Shown piece after piece: positions 1 to 7,151 of a stretch of DNA of 61,588 nucleotides (positions within the stretch are counted from its first letter, which is position 1; each line of letters starts with the position of its first letter). The stretch lies in contig CAMDOH010000005.1 of assembly GCA_945903605.1 (NCBI GenBank), positions 1 through 61,588 of the forward strand, read 5' to 3'. This DNA comes from Akkermansia muciniphila (GTDB taxonomy: Bacteria; Verrucomicrobiota; Verrucomicrobiia; Limisphaerales; UBA1100). Under the pieces are notes generated by a model. The model ran no database searches. It saw nothing but the letters and a program-made list of their open reading frames with translations, and was not told the origin of the DNA. Made by a program: the position numbers and the translations under genes.

Positions 1-2
1 CC

Positions 3-479
3 ATGCGACCGAACATCCAATTGAAAGAAGGCGATCTTGCGCCAGACTTTTCAGCGCTGACCAATGGCGGTGGGCGCGTGGCCTTGTCGGATTTCATCGG
101 TAAAAATATCGCCCTCTTTTTTTATCCGAAGGATGATACTCCCGGATGCACGAAGGAAGCCTGTGGGTTCCGCAACGCTCACGATGAACTGGAGCGAAAC
201 GGAGTCATCACGCTCGGGGTGAGCATCGACTCCGTGAAATCGCATGAGCGGTTTGCCGCCAAGCACTCGCTCCCGTTCAAGTTGCTGGCCGACGAAGATC
301 GGGCGATCGTCAAAGCATACGGTGTCTGGGGCAGTAAGAAATTCATGGGCCGCGAATTCGATGGCGTACACCGCGTCACATTCCTGATCGGTGCTGATGG
401 ACGCGTTAAAAAAATCTGGCCGAAAGTGAAAACCGCCACTCACGCTCAAGAAGTGCTGGCCGCAGTCCGGGGCGGCTGA
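3..479 (+). CDS. bcp: Thiol peroxidase / peroxiredoxin, Bcp type (158 aa)
   Basis: Complete ORF from the ATG at 3. It has the AhpC/TSA-type active-site stretch FFYPKDDTPGCTKEAC. Length and layout are typical of Bcp. Confidence 0.9.
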   Translation: MRPNIQLKEGDLAPDFSALTNGGGRVALSDFIGKNIALFFYPKDDTPGCTKEACGFRNAHDELERNGVITLGVSIDSVKSHERFAAKHSLPFKLLADEDRAIVKAYGVWGSKKFMGREFDGVHRVTFLIGADGRVKKIWPKVKTATHAQEVLAAVRGG

Positions 480-486
480 CGAAGTC

Positions 487-672
487 TTATTTCCGCGCCT
501 TCGCCGACCTGCGAACGACGTGTTTCCCATTATGATTATTCCTGGCAGGTGACAGGTAGGCATCGAGCGCCAGACGCAATACCCCAGTTTGCGTCATTCC
601 AGAATGTTTCGCCCGCTTCTCTAAGCGTTCCACCATAACTTCTTCCAGCCTGAATACCTTTAAAATTTTCAC
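487..672 (-). CDS. Small ribbon-helix-helix (CopG/Arc/MetJ-like) DNA-binding protein (61 aa)
   Basis: The N-terminal stretch KVFRLEEVMVERLEKRAKHSGMTQTGVLRLALDAYL fits a beta-strand, helix, helix RHH pattern. A basic C-terminal tail follows. The gene lies in a low-GC islet. Confidence 0.6.
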   Translation of the reverse strand: MKILKVFRLEEVMVERLEKRAKHSGMTQTGVLRLALDAYLSPARNNHNGKHVVRRSAKARK

Positions 673-712
673 GAGCGGTTATGTGTACACCCAAAGCTAC
701 CTATCGCAATAA

Positions 713-735
713 TATTTTGACAATTATTCAAAATA
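713..735. promoter_or_regulatory. Operator-like inverted repeat in the divergent intergenic region between two RHH genes
   Basis: TATTTTG (713-719) and CAAAATA (729-735) are perfect 7-bp inverted repeats separated by 9 bp. They sit in a 35% GC spacer that also contains TTGACA (716-721). RHH repressors typically bind such repeats. Function is not shown. Confidence 0.3.
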
Positions 736-751
736 AGACTTGTCTATACAG

Positions 752-1000
752 ATGAAGTCAGTAAAACGTGCCCTCCGAAAAATGAGTACTACTATGCCAG
801 TCCAAAAGAAAATGAAGATGTTCCGGCTCACCTTGCCTGATGCCGCGAAGCTCGCTGAATACGCCAAAGTCTCCGGCTTGACCGAGACAGAACTGGTGGA
901 ACAATCCTTAAAGCAGTTCCTCGGCACGGGAGCCGAAGCTTTGCTGGTGAAGCGGCTGGAAGATCTGAAGAAGCTAAATAAGCGCGAACTGCACGGATAA
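752..1000 (+). CDS. Small ribbon-helix-helix-like protein (82 aa from the first ATG; a TTG at 740 is also possible)
   Basis: KMFRLTLPDAAKLAEYAKVSGLTETELVEQSLKQFL matches the RHH pattern and is followed by a helical charged tail. The start codon is uncertain, with ATG codons at 752, 782, 812 and 818. The 3' part overlaps a convergent ORF. Confidence 0.5.
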   Translation: MKSVKRALRKMSTTMPVQKKMKMFRLTLPDAAKLAEYAKVSGLTETELVEQSLKQFLGTGAEALLVKRLEDLKKLNKRELHG

Positions 1001-1073
1001 TCAGCTCGGAGACTTCCTCCTCAGTGGAGGCTAGTTCCAGTCGTTTCTCCCAGTAGTCGTCTGGCAATTTCAT
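828..1073 (-). CDS. Possible third RHH-like ORF (81 aa), convergent with and overlapping 752-1000
   Basis: The N-terminal 35 aa (MKLPDDYWEKRLELASTEEEVSELIIRAVRAYL) look RHH-like. The remaining 46 aa are Arg/Ser/Pro-rich and look like an antisense read-through of the plus-strand gene. It may be a decayed gene or not real. Confidence 0.3.
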   Translation of the reverse strand: MKLPDDYWEKRLELASTEEEVSELIIRAVRAYLASSDLPAASPAKLRLPCRGTALRIVPPVLSRSSRRLWRIQRASRHQAR

Positions 1074-1237
1074 ATTTTGGTTTTCACTCGGCGTGGATGA
1101 TCGTCATCCCGCCGATTTTTTCGTCTTCATCAACTTGACCGGTTCTCATAAGTAGTACGCTTGTCGAACCCCCAATCTTACAAACTTCATAAAATATTAT
1201 TGGGCGATGATTCCTCAGATAGCCGTATAGCGCCGAT

Positions 1238-1442
1238 TTACTTAATTAAGTGACCGCCACGACCGGGCAGGAGGTTGTCACGACCGGGCAGGAGGTTGCC
1301 ACGACCGGGCAGGAGGTTGCCACGACCGGGCAGGAGGTTGTTTCGATCGGGCAGGAGGTTGTTTCGACGTGGCAGGTGTGTGTTTGGACAAAACGGGAGT
1401 TCGAATTATCCAGTCTGGCGATGGACTGGCTTAATTAAGTAA
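1238..1442. repeat. 205-bp unit bounded by perfect 13-bp terminal inverted repeats (TTACTTAATTAAG / CTTAATTAAGTAA)
   Basis: Left arm is 1238-1250 and right arm is 1430-1442; the right arm is the exact reverse complement of the left. The core ACTTAATTAAGT is itself palindromic. The interior holds the 21-bp tandem array and a hairpin, CCAGTC-N8-GACTGG, at 1411-1430. Confidence 0.6.
1259..1384. repeat. Tandem direct repeat, 21-bp unit x 6 (four near-perfect copies, two degenerate)
   Basis: Units ACGACCGGGCAGGAGGTTGYC at 1259, 1280, 1301 and 1322. Diverged copies follow at 1343 (TCGATCGGGCAGGAGGTTGTT) and 1364 (TCGACGTGGCAGGTGTGTGTT). There are no spacers between units. Confidence 0.9.
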
Positions 1443-1494
1443 TCGATCGGTTCCGATACTTTTTCACGAACGAAGGGAACGAACTTCCTTGATC

Positions 1495-1526
1495 AAAAAA
1501 AATCCCGACTGTTTCCAGTCGGGATT
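1495..1526 (-). terminator. Rho-independent terminator downstream of tRNA-Met
   Basis: On the minus strand, the stem TCCCGACTG / CAGTCGGGA with a 5-nt loop is followed by a run of eight U. It lies immediately 3' of the tRNA. Confidence 0.7.
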
Positions 1527-1531
1527 TAAGT

Positions 1532-1608
<77 letters not shown>

Positions 1609-1657
1609 ATCAGGGGGCGCATCGTAACAACGAAGGTCGATGCGGCAAGGTTTTTCT

Positions 1658-2992
1658 TTACCCGCCCGTTGCGGGGGTCTTTTTGATTCCCGGATAGAAA
1701 ATGAGCAGCACAGCCAGACAGGCGATCGCCGCCCACATCGGCACGGTGAAGAGTTTGGCGTAGTCCAGTTTCCCATCCACCGTGGCCCACTGGGCAACGG
1801 CTCCGGCGATCTTGCTGCCGACGATGATGCCGATGCCGACGGTGACGAGGTTGAAGAGGCTCTGCGCGCTGGCGCGGATGTCGCCGCTCGTTTCTTCATC
1901 CACAATCATGAAGGCGACAAAAATAAAACAACCGAAGCAGAGGCCGTGCATCGTGATGCCGAGGATGATGGCCGGCAAGCGGATGGCCTCGGGGAAGGCT
2001 GCCGAATTGGCGAAGAGGAACATGCGCAGCGCGTAGGCGATGAGGCCGACGGCGAGCAGTGTTTTGCGCGAAACGCGTTTGGCAAAAAGCGGGATGGCCA
2101 CCAGCACCGCCATCTCCGACATCTGTCCGATGGTCATCAGTCCACCGCCACCCACGCCGACGACTTTGTTCACGGCCTCGATAAAACCCTTCGCCTCATT
2201 TTGGAACTGACCGAGAAAGGGCGCGGTGTGGACGAAATAAAACTGGTGGATGCAACTCACCGGCACGGCGAGCAGGAAGAGCGTGAGCAGTGGCTGGCGC
2301 TTGATCTCGCCGAGAGCCTCGCCGACGGCGCTCTTTTGTTTGCCCTTCGCCGGTGGCGTGGCCGGCAGGAAGAAACAGAACACGCCCATCACGATGCCGA
2401 GGATGCTGGAGAGCTTGAAGGCGTCCGCCATGCCGGCGAACTGCGCCTTCTGAACCATCTCCGCCGCCGAGACATCCACGGGCGTGTGCCGGTGCAGCAG
2501 CCATTGGCCGATGCCAATGCCCACGGCGATCCAGCCCACCGTGCCCCAAATGCGCACGCGGCCGAAGTCGCGGTCGCGATCGGGCAGATGATGGAAGGCG
2601 AGCGAATTGGTCAGCGAGAGCGTCGGCGAATAAATGATGGAGTACGCGAGACTGAAACCCAGCAGACCGCTGTAGGTGCTGATCTCCGCCAGTTGCCACA
2701 CGAGCACGCCGCCGATGATGTGGCTGATGGCGAGGAACTTTTCCGTGGCAAAATAACGGTCGGCAATCTGCCCGGCGATGAACGGCGCGATGATGGCGCC
2801 GAGCGCGCCCACCGCAAAAATATCGCCCACCTGCGAGGCTGTCAGCCCGCGATGCCCCGTGAGAAAGGGCCAGAGCAACGGCAGCCACGCGCCCCAGATG
2901 GCGTATTGCAGAAACATCATGAGCGAAAGTTTGGCGTTCAAACCTGCATCGAGCGTTGGTGGAGTGAGTGACTTTGAAGTGGATGGGTTCAT
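1658..2992 (-). CDS. MFS transporter, nucleoside:H+ symporter-like family (444 aa)
   Basis: Twelve-TM-type hydrophobic profile. The N-terminal LSLMMFLQYAIWGAWLPLL and IAGQIADRY motifs resemble NupG/XapB-type permeases. Confidence 0.75.
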   Translation of the reverse strand: MNPSTSKSLTPPTLDAGLNAKLSLMMFLQYAIWGAWLPLLWPFLTGHRGLTASQVGDIFAVGALGAIIAPFIAGQIADRYFATEKFLAISHIIGGVLVWQLAEISTYSGLLGFSLAYSIIYSPTLSLTNSLAFHHLPDRDRDFGRVRIWGTVGWIAVGIGIGQWLLHRHTPVDVSAAEMVQKAQFAGMADAFKLSSILGIVMGVFCFFLPATPPAKGKQKSAVGEALGEIKRQPLLTLFLLAVPVSCIHQFYFVHTAPFLGQFQNEAKGFIEAVNKVVGVGGGGLMTIGQMSEMAVLVAIPLFAKRVSRKTLLAVGLIAYALRMFLFANSAAFPEAIRLPAIILGITMHGLCFGCFIFVAFMIVDEETSGDIRASAQSLFNLVTVGIGIIVGSKIAGAVAQWATVDGKLDYAKLFTVPMWAAIACLAVLLIFYPGIKKTPATGG

Positions 2993-3081
2993 GGTGATCT
3001 GTTCGGGAGGCTACAGGATGCGGACGGCGCGAGGCAAGCGCGTGCGCTCGACTATTCTGGCCCGACGGCTAAGATGTTGCC

Positions 3082-3666
3082 GTGCGGATTGCCTTCAAAG
3101 AATGGGCGGTGGTGGTGGATGCGCTCAGTCGCGGCCTTCAAGTCGTGATCCTGCGCAAAGGTGGCATCGCCGAAGGGCGCGCGGGTTTTCGTCCCGAGCA
3201 CGAACGGTTCTGGCTTTTCCAAACCCTCTTTCATCAGCAGCGCGAATCCGTCGTGCCAAGCGCGCAGGCGCGCTACGACGCCATCGCCCCGCACTTTCCG
3301 CCCATCGACACACTGCACCTGGACTATTTCGCGCACGTCGTCGAAGTGCGCCAGATCGATTCTCTCGCCGCCGCCGAGCGACTGCGCGGCCAGCATATCT
3401 GGCGCGATGAAGTGATTGCCGAGCGTTTCGATTGGGGCCGCGACAAGACGATCCACGCGCTCGTCGTCCGCATTTTCAAACTGCCGCAGCCCGTGCGATT
3501 GCCGATGCTGCCCGAATACGGCGGCTGCAAATCCTGGGTGACACTCAGTGCAGAAATCGACACGAGCGCCGCGCAGCCTGTGTTGAACGATGCTGTCTTC
3601 GACACAAAGCTCGCCGCCGCGCGCCAGGCATTGGGAGTGGAGTCCCACTTGGAATCGGCACGATGA
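3082..3666 (+). CDS. DUF1802 family protein (194 aa, GTG start)
   Basis: The N-terminus FKEWAVVVDALSRGLQVVILRKGGIAE and the later FWLFQTLFHQ are characteristic of DUF1802 as I recall it. Its stop overlaps the maf start (ATGA). Confidence 0.65.
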   Translation: MRIAFKEWAVVVDALSRGLQVVILRKGGIAEGRAGFRPEHERFWLFQTLFHQQRESVVPSAQARYDAIAPHFPPIDTLHLDYFAHVVEVRQIDSLAAAERLRGQHIWRDEVIAERFDWGRDKTIHALVVRIFKLPQPVRLPMLPEYGGCKSWVTLSAEIDTSAAQPVLNDAVFDTKLAAARQALGVESHLESAR

Positions 3667-4241
3667 AACTGCCGCCGCTCATCCTCGCCTCCGGCTCGCC
3701 GCGCCGTCGCGAATTGCTCGAACAGGCCGGGCTGCGATTCCGTGTGGAGGTGTCGCAAGTGGCCGAACTCAACGGCGCGCACATGACCCCGCGCGAACTG
3801 TGCCGCGCAAACTCCTTTGGCAAAGCGCAGGCCATCGCGGCGAGATTTCCCGATGCGCTGGTGCTGGGTGCGGACACGGAAGTGCATCTGGGCAACCGGG
3901 TTTTTGGCAAGCCTGCGAGCTTGAAGGCCGCGCACCAAATGCTACGTCGCCTTAGCGGGCGCACGCATGAAGTGACGACGGCCTGCGCACTCATCTGCAG
4001 ACAGCCCGCGCACCGGATGGTTTTTGAAGTCACCACGCACGTCCAGTTCCGCCCGTTGAGCGACCGGCAGATTCGCGATTATCTGGCTGCCATCGATCCC
4101 CTGGACAAAGCCGGCGCCTATGCCGTGCAGGAAAAAGGCGAGTGGATCGTCGAGGCCGTCGAGGGTTCCTTCACCAACATCGTGGGACTGCCCGTGGAGC
4201 GCGTGCTGCAAGCGTTGTCCGCGTGGCCCACGATGCGTTGA
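3663..4241 (+). CDS. maf: Maf-like nucleoside triphosphate pyrophosphatase (192 aa)
   Basis: LILASGSPRRRELLEQAGL at the N-terminus, plus GADTEV, GKP and AGAYAVQE motifs. The ATG at 3663 overlaps the upstream stop. Confidence 0.85.
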   Translation: MKLPPLILASGSPRRRELLEQAGLRFRVEVSQVAELNGAHMTPRELCRANSFGKAQAIAARFPDALVLGADTEVHLGNRVFGKPASLKAAHQMLRRLSGRTHEVTTACALICRQPAHRMVFEVTTHVQFRPLSDRQIRDYLAAIDPLDKAGAYAVQEKGEWIVEAVEGSFTNIVGLPVERVLQALSAWPTMR

Positions 4242-4284
4242 CGCGGGAAGAAGTTTTGACCTCGCTGCCGGAATTCCGTAAGGT

Positions 4285-5124
4285 GTGCGCGTGTTGGGAG
4301 GGGAGGTTTTTCAATTGGACAATGCGGGGTGGACTTTGCGGTTCGCCCGTTGGGGCGGACGCTGGGTGCTGGGCTTTCTGGAGGTGGTGCGCGACATCGG
4401 CGCGTTTTCGCTGATCTCAGTCAGCGTGACGTTGAACAAATGGCGCGTGTCGCCGCGAGTGATGCGTCCATTGATCTGGGAGCAGGTGCATCGTTTTGGA
4501 GTCTGTCTATTGCCGATGATTTTATTTCTTGGGGCAGCGCTCGGCATCTTGATCATCGGGCAAATGGTGTCGAACCTCACACGAGTCGGGGCGCAGTCGT
4601 ACATCGGTTCGGTGATGGTGACGGTGGTGGTGCGCGAGTTGGGCCCGTTGCTGGCGGCGATGTTGTTGCTGGCGCGCGCGGGCACGTCGATCGTGGTGGA
4701 GTTGGGAACGAGCCGCGCGTTGGGTGAGGTGGAGGCATTGGAGGCATTGGCGATCGACCCAATTCATTATTGGGTTGTGCCACGAATGCTGGGCCTGGCG
4801 GTGTCGATGATCGGGCTGACGGTCTATCTGATTTTGACGGCGATGGTCTGCGGGTTTCTGTTCGCGTTTTTGCAGGACGTGCCGATGACGCCCGGAAGTT
4901 ATTTCGGGCAGATCGCCGCCGCGTTGCGGTGGCATGATTTTGTGTTGCTGGGTTTGAAGACGGGTTTGTTCGGTGCCGTGATCGCGGTGGTGGCTTGCTA
5001 CGAAGGGTTGGCGCAGCCATTGCGATTGGAGGCTGTGCCGCAGGCGACGACGCGCGCGGTCGTCCGCAGTCTCGGCGCCTGTGTGGCGCTGGACGCGGTG
5101 TTCATCATTTTTTATCTGATCTGA
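4285..5124 (+). CDS. mlaE: MlaE-like ABC transporter permease (279 aa, GTG start)
   Basis: Polytopic protein with ELGPLLAAMLLLARAGTSIVVELGTSRALGEVEALEALAIDP, typical of the MlaE/Ttg2B family. It is followed by ATPase and MCE genes. Confidence 0.8.
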   Translation: MRVLGGEVFQLDNAGWTLRFARWGGRWVLGFLEVVRDIGAFSLISVSVTLNKWRVSPRVMRPLIWEQVHRFGVCLLPMILFLGAALGILIIGQMVSNLTRVGAQSYIGSVMVTVVVRELGPLLAAMLLLARAGTSIVVELGTSRALGEVEALEALAIDPIHYWVVPRMLGLAVSMIGLTVYLILTAMVCGFLFAFLQDVPMTPGSYFGQIAAALRWHDFVLLGLKTGLFGAVIAVVACYEGLAQPLRLEAVPQATTRAVVRSLGACVALDAVFIIFYLI

Positions 5125-5126
5125 TC

Positions 5127-5834
5127 ATGACGGCGACGCACGAAGAGGATGTGATCGAGCTGTGTGGAGTGGCGTTGGGGCAACGTGGCTCGGCGCCTGT
5201 GGCCGATGGAATCGATTGGCGAGTACGCCGTGGCGAGTTCTGGGTGGTGGGCGGTTTTCAGGGAGTGGGCAAATCGGATTTGATCGCTGTGGCTGCGGGC
5301 TGTCATGCGCCTTTGCGCGGAAGGTGCCGGTTGTTCGGGGTTGACTGCCATGAGATGGAGGAGCGGCAGCGAGTGACGATGCGGTTGCGGTTCGGAGTGG
5401 TGTTCGAAAATGGCTCGCGTCCGCTGCACCGGCTCTCGGTGTTGGACAATGTTCTGTTGCCGCTGATGTATCACCGGAATCTGGCAAGAGAAGAGGCGGA
5501 GAGGAGCGCGATGAGTTGGATTGGGAGGATGGGTTTGGAGCCGATGATGAACCGGATGGCTGGTGAATTGCCGCGAGCGTGGCAGCAACGAATCGGCCTG
5601 GCGCGGGCGTTGATATTGGAGCCGGAAGTGTTGTTGCTGGATAATCCGCTTTCGGGATTGGATTCGCGACAGCAAGATTGGTGGACGGAGTTCGTGGCTG
5701 GAATCGCGAAGGAGAATCGGCGCACGGTGATTGTGACGGCGGACCACACGGGCGCTTGGGAATCGCCGGGCAGACGTCAGGCGCGATTGGACAACGGTGG
5801 ATTGAAGTGTTGGGCCGAAGCGGGACTTTTTTGA
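5127..5834 (+). CDS. MlaF-like ABC ATPase subunit with degenerate catalytic motifs (235 aa)
   Basis: Walker A (GFQGVGKS) is intact. The Q-loop reads FE rather than FQ, the signature reads LPRAWQQR rather than LSGGxxxR, and Walker B reads LLLDNP rather than hhhDEP. Its position between the MlaE-like and MlaD-like genes supports the call. Confidence 0.75.
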   Translation: MTATHEEDVIELCGVALGQRGSAPVADGIDWRVRRGEFWVVGGFQGVGKSDLIAVAAGCHAPLRGRCRLFGVDCHEMEERQRVTMRLRFGVVFENGSRPLHRLSVLDNVLLPLMYHRNLAREEAERSAMSWIGRMGLEPMMNRMAGELPRAWQQRIGLARALILEPEVLLLDNPLSGLDSRQQDWWTEFVAGIAKENRRTVIVTADHTGAWESPGRRQARLDNGGLKCWAEAGLF

Positions 5835-5846
5835 GGAGGAAATAAT

Positions 5847-7085
5847 ATGGCGATACAGGATTTGACACCACAGTTGCGAACGCGGTTGAGCCGCGTGGAA
5901 TGGGCGGTCGGCATCTTTGTGTTGCTGGCTGTGGCGGTGTTGCTGGCGGGATTCTTTTATTATCTGCGCTACACGGCGCAACGCAAAGGATGGTTCCTGA
6001 TGAAGGCGCCGTTCTATACTTTTGTGGACAGCGCGGAGGGATTGAAGCAGGGCGATGGCGTGAAGTTGATGGGGTTTGAAGTGGGCGAGATCACGCAGGT
6101 GTCGTCGCTGGATCCGGAAATTCCGTACGGAGTGCGCGTGGATTTCTATGTGCGCGAACCGTATTTCTTATATGTGTGGGCTGACTCGCGCGTGCGGGTG
6201 AATGCGGGGCTGATCGGCAATCGGCATCTGGAAGTCACCAAGGGCGGGTTGAGCGATGAGGCGGCGACGAATAAGCCGCCGGTCATTTTCAAATCCACAG
6301 CAGGGCGGTTGTCGGGAATGTGGTTTGATGCGCCGACGAATCGTTATGGCGCCTTCACGGGTGAAGCCTACTGGCTGCTGGCCGATGAAGCACCGGATGT
6401 TTCGAAGCGGCTCGATCGGATGGCGACGCAAATCGAGAGGGCGTTGCCGGGAATTCTTGCGCTCACCAACCAGGTGGCCTCCACGCTGGGAGGCGCGTCG
6501 CTCACGGCCTCGAATCTGAATTACATGACGCTCGAACTGCGGCCGGCTGTGACGAATATCAATCGCATTCTGGCGCAGTTGAGCGAACCGAAAGGCGCGT
6601 TCGGCGATTGGTTGCTACCGACGAATATGAACGCGCAACTTCAACTGGCGCTCGGCTCGGCCAATGTGTCGCTCTCGAATCTTGCGCAGATCACCGGCCA
6701 GTTGCGCGAACCGAAGGGGGCGCTGGGCGAATGGTTGATCCCGACCAACCTGCAACGCCAGCTCGATCAAACATTCGCTTCGGCCAACCTTTCGCTCACG
6801 AAGGCGTCGGCGTTGATCGAGCATTCGGACACGAATCTGGCGTCGGTCGTCACCAACCTCAATCGCACGCTCGAAAACCTCGCGGGTATCACAGGCGGAT
6901 TGAATGCGCAGGTGCAGTCCAACACCAATCTGGTTCGCAATCTTTCGGAAACGTTGAAGCACGCCGATGACTTGGTGCAGGGACTCAAAAAACATTGGCT
7001 CCTCAAATCGGCCTTCGAAGAATCCAAGACGAACAAGCCTGCGGGTCCTGGAACTGTCGGGCGCAGCAAGAAGCCGCAAGATTGA
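5847..7085 (+). CDS. MlaD/MCE-domain protein with a long helical C-terminal region (412 aa)
   Basis: N-terminal TM segment (VGIFVLLAVAVLLAGFFYYL), then an MCE core (GLKQGDGVKLMGFEVGEITQV). The C-terminal region contains a tandem 41-aa duplication. Confidence 0.75.
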   Translation: MAIQDLTPQLRTRLSRVEWAVGIFVLLAVAVLLAGFFYYLRYTAQRKGWFLMKAPFYTFVDSAEGLKQGDGVKLMGFEVGEITQVSSLDPEIPYGVRVDFYVREPYFLYVWADSRVRVNAGLIGNRHLEVTKGGLSDEAATNKPPVIFKSTAGRLSGMWFDAPTNRYGAFTGEAYWLLADEAPDVSKRLDRMATQIERALPGILALTNQVASTLGGASLTASNLNYMTLELRPAVTNINRILAQLSEPKGAFGDWLLPTNMNAQLQLALGSANVSLSNLAQITGQLREPKGALGEWLIPTNLQRQLDQTFASANLSLTKASALIEHSDTNLASVVTNLNRTLENLAGITGGLNAQVQSNTNLVRNLSETLKHADDLVQGLKKHWLLKSAFEESKTNKPAGPGTVGRSKKPQD

Positions 7086-7151
7086 GCAAGGTGCTCCGTT
7101 TGGCAGAGGATTTGACCTCGAGCATGACCTTGCTTATGCTCCCGCGCCTTT

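Noticed and set aside
487-1073. RHH genes as antitoxins of canonical toxin-antitoxin pairs
   Set aside because: No adjacent toxin-sized ORF exists on either strand. The only extra ORFs upstream of 1073 are 14 and 21 codons long and featureless.
1259-1384. Possible CRISPR array
   Set aside because: The repeats are directly abutting with no spacers, the unit is only 21 bp, and no cas genes are in the window.
1396-1412. tRNA T-arm look-alike (GGGAGTTCGAATTATCC) as a possible duplicated tRNA end (att site)
   Set aside because: It does not match the 3' end of the adjacent tRNA-Met, it has the wrong orientation, and no cloverleaf or extended identity is present.
1250-1438. 62-aa ORF (GTG start) encoding TTGQEVA heptad repeats
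   Set aside because: The peptide is just the in-frame reading of the 21-bp DNA repeat. No ribosome-binding site precedes the GTG. The degenerate copies drift at the nucleotide level without conserving the peptide. I treat it as a DNA repeat, although a micro-protein cannot be excluded.
1640-2971. 443-aa plus-strand ORF
   Set aside because: It is fully antisense to the MFS transporter gene. The product is Arg/Gly/Asp/His-rich low-complexity sequence, typical of shadow ORFs in GC-rich DNA. The minus-strand product has a clear 12-TM transporter pattern.
3432-3662. Upstream extensions of track ORFs. This one is maf. The same applies to 4995-5126 (MlaF-like), 13748-13801 (glgB), 26590-26829 (S9 peptidase), 31062-31214 (isomerase), 41548-41670 (gap) and 52749-52898 (thioesterase).
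   Set aside because: The extensions overlap the preceding gene, look like Arg-rich out-of-frame sequence, and precede an internal Met where family homology or the signal peptide begins. I used the shorter starts.
5112-5981. 289-aa and 248-aa minus-strand ORFs over the MlaF-like gene
   Set aside because: These are antisense shadow ORFs with Arg/Pro/Ser/His-rich composition and no motifs.
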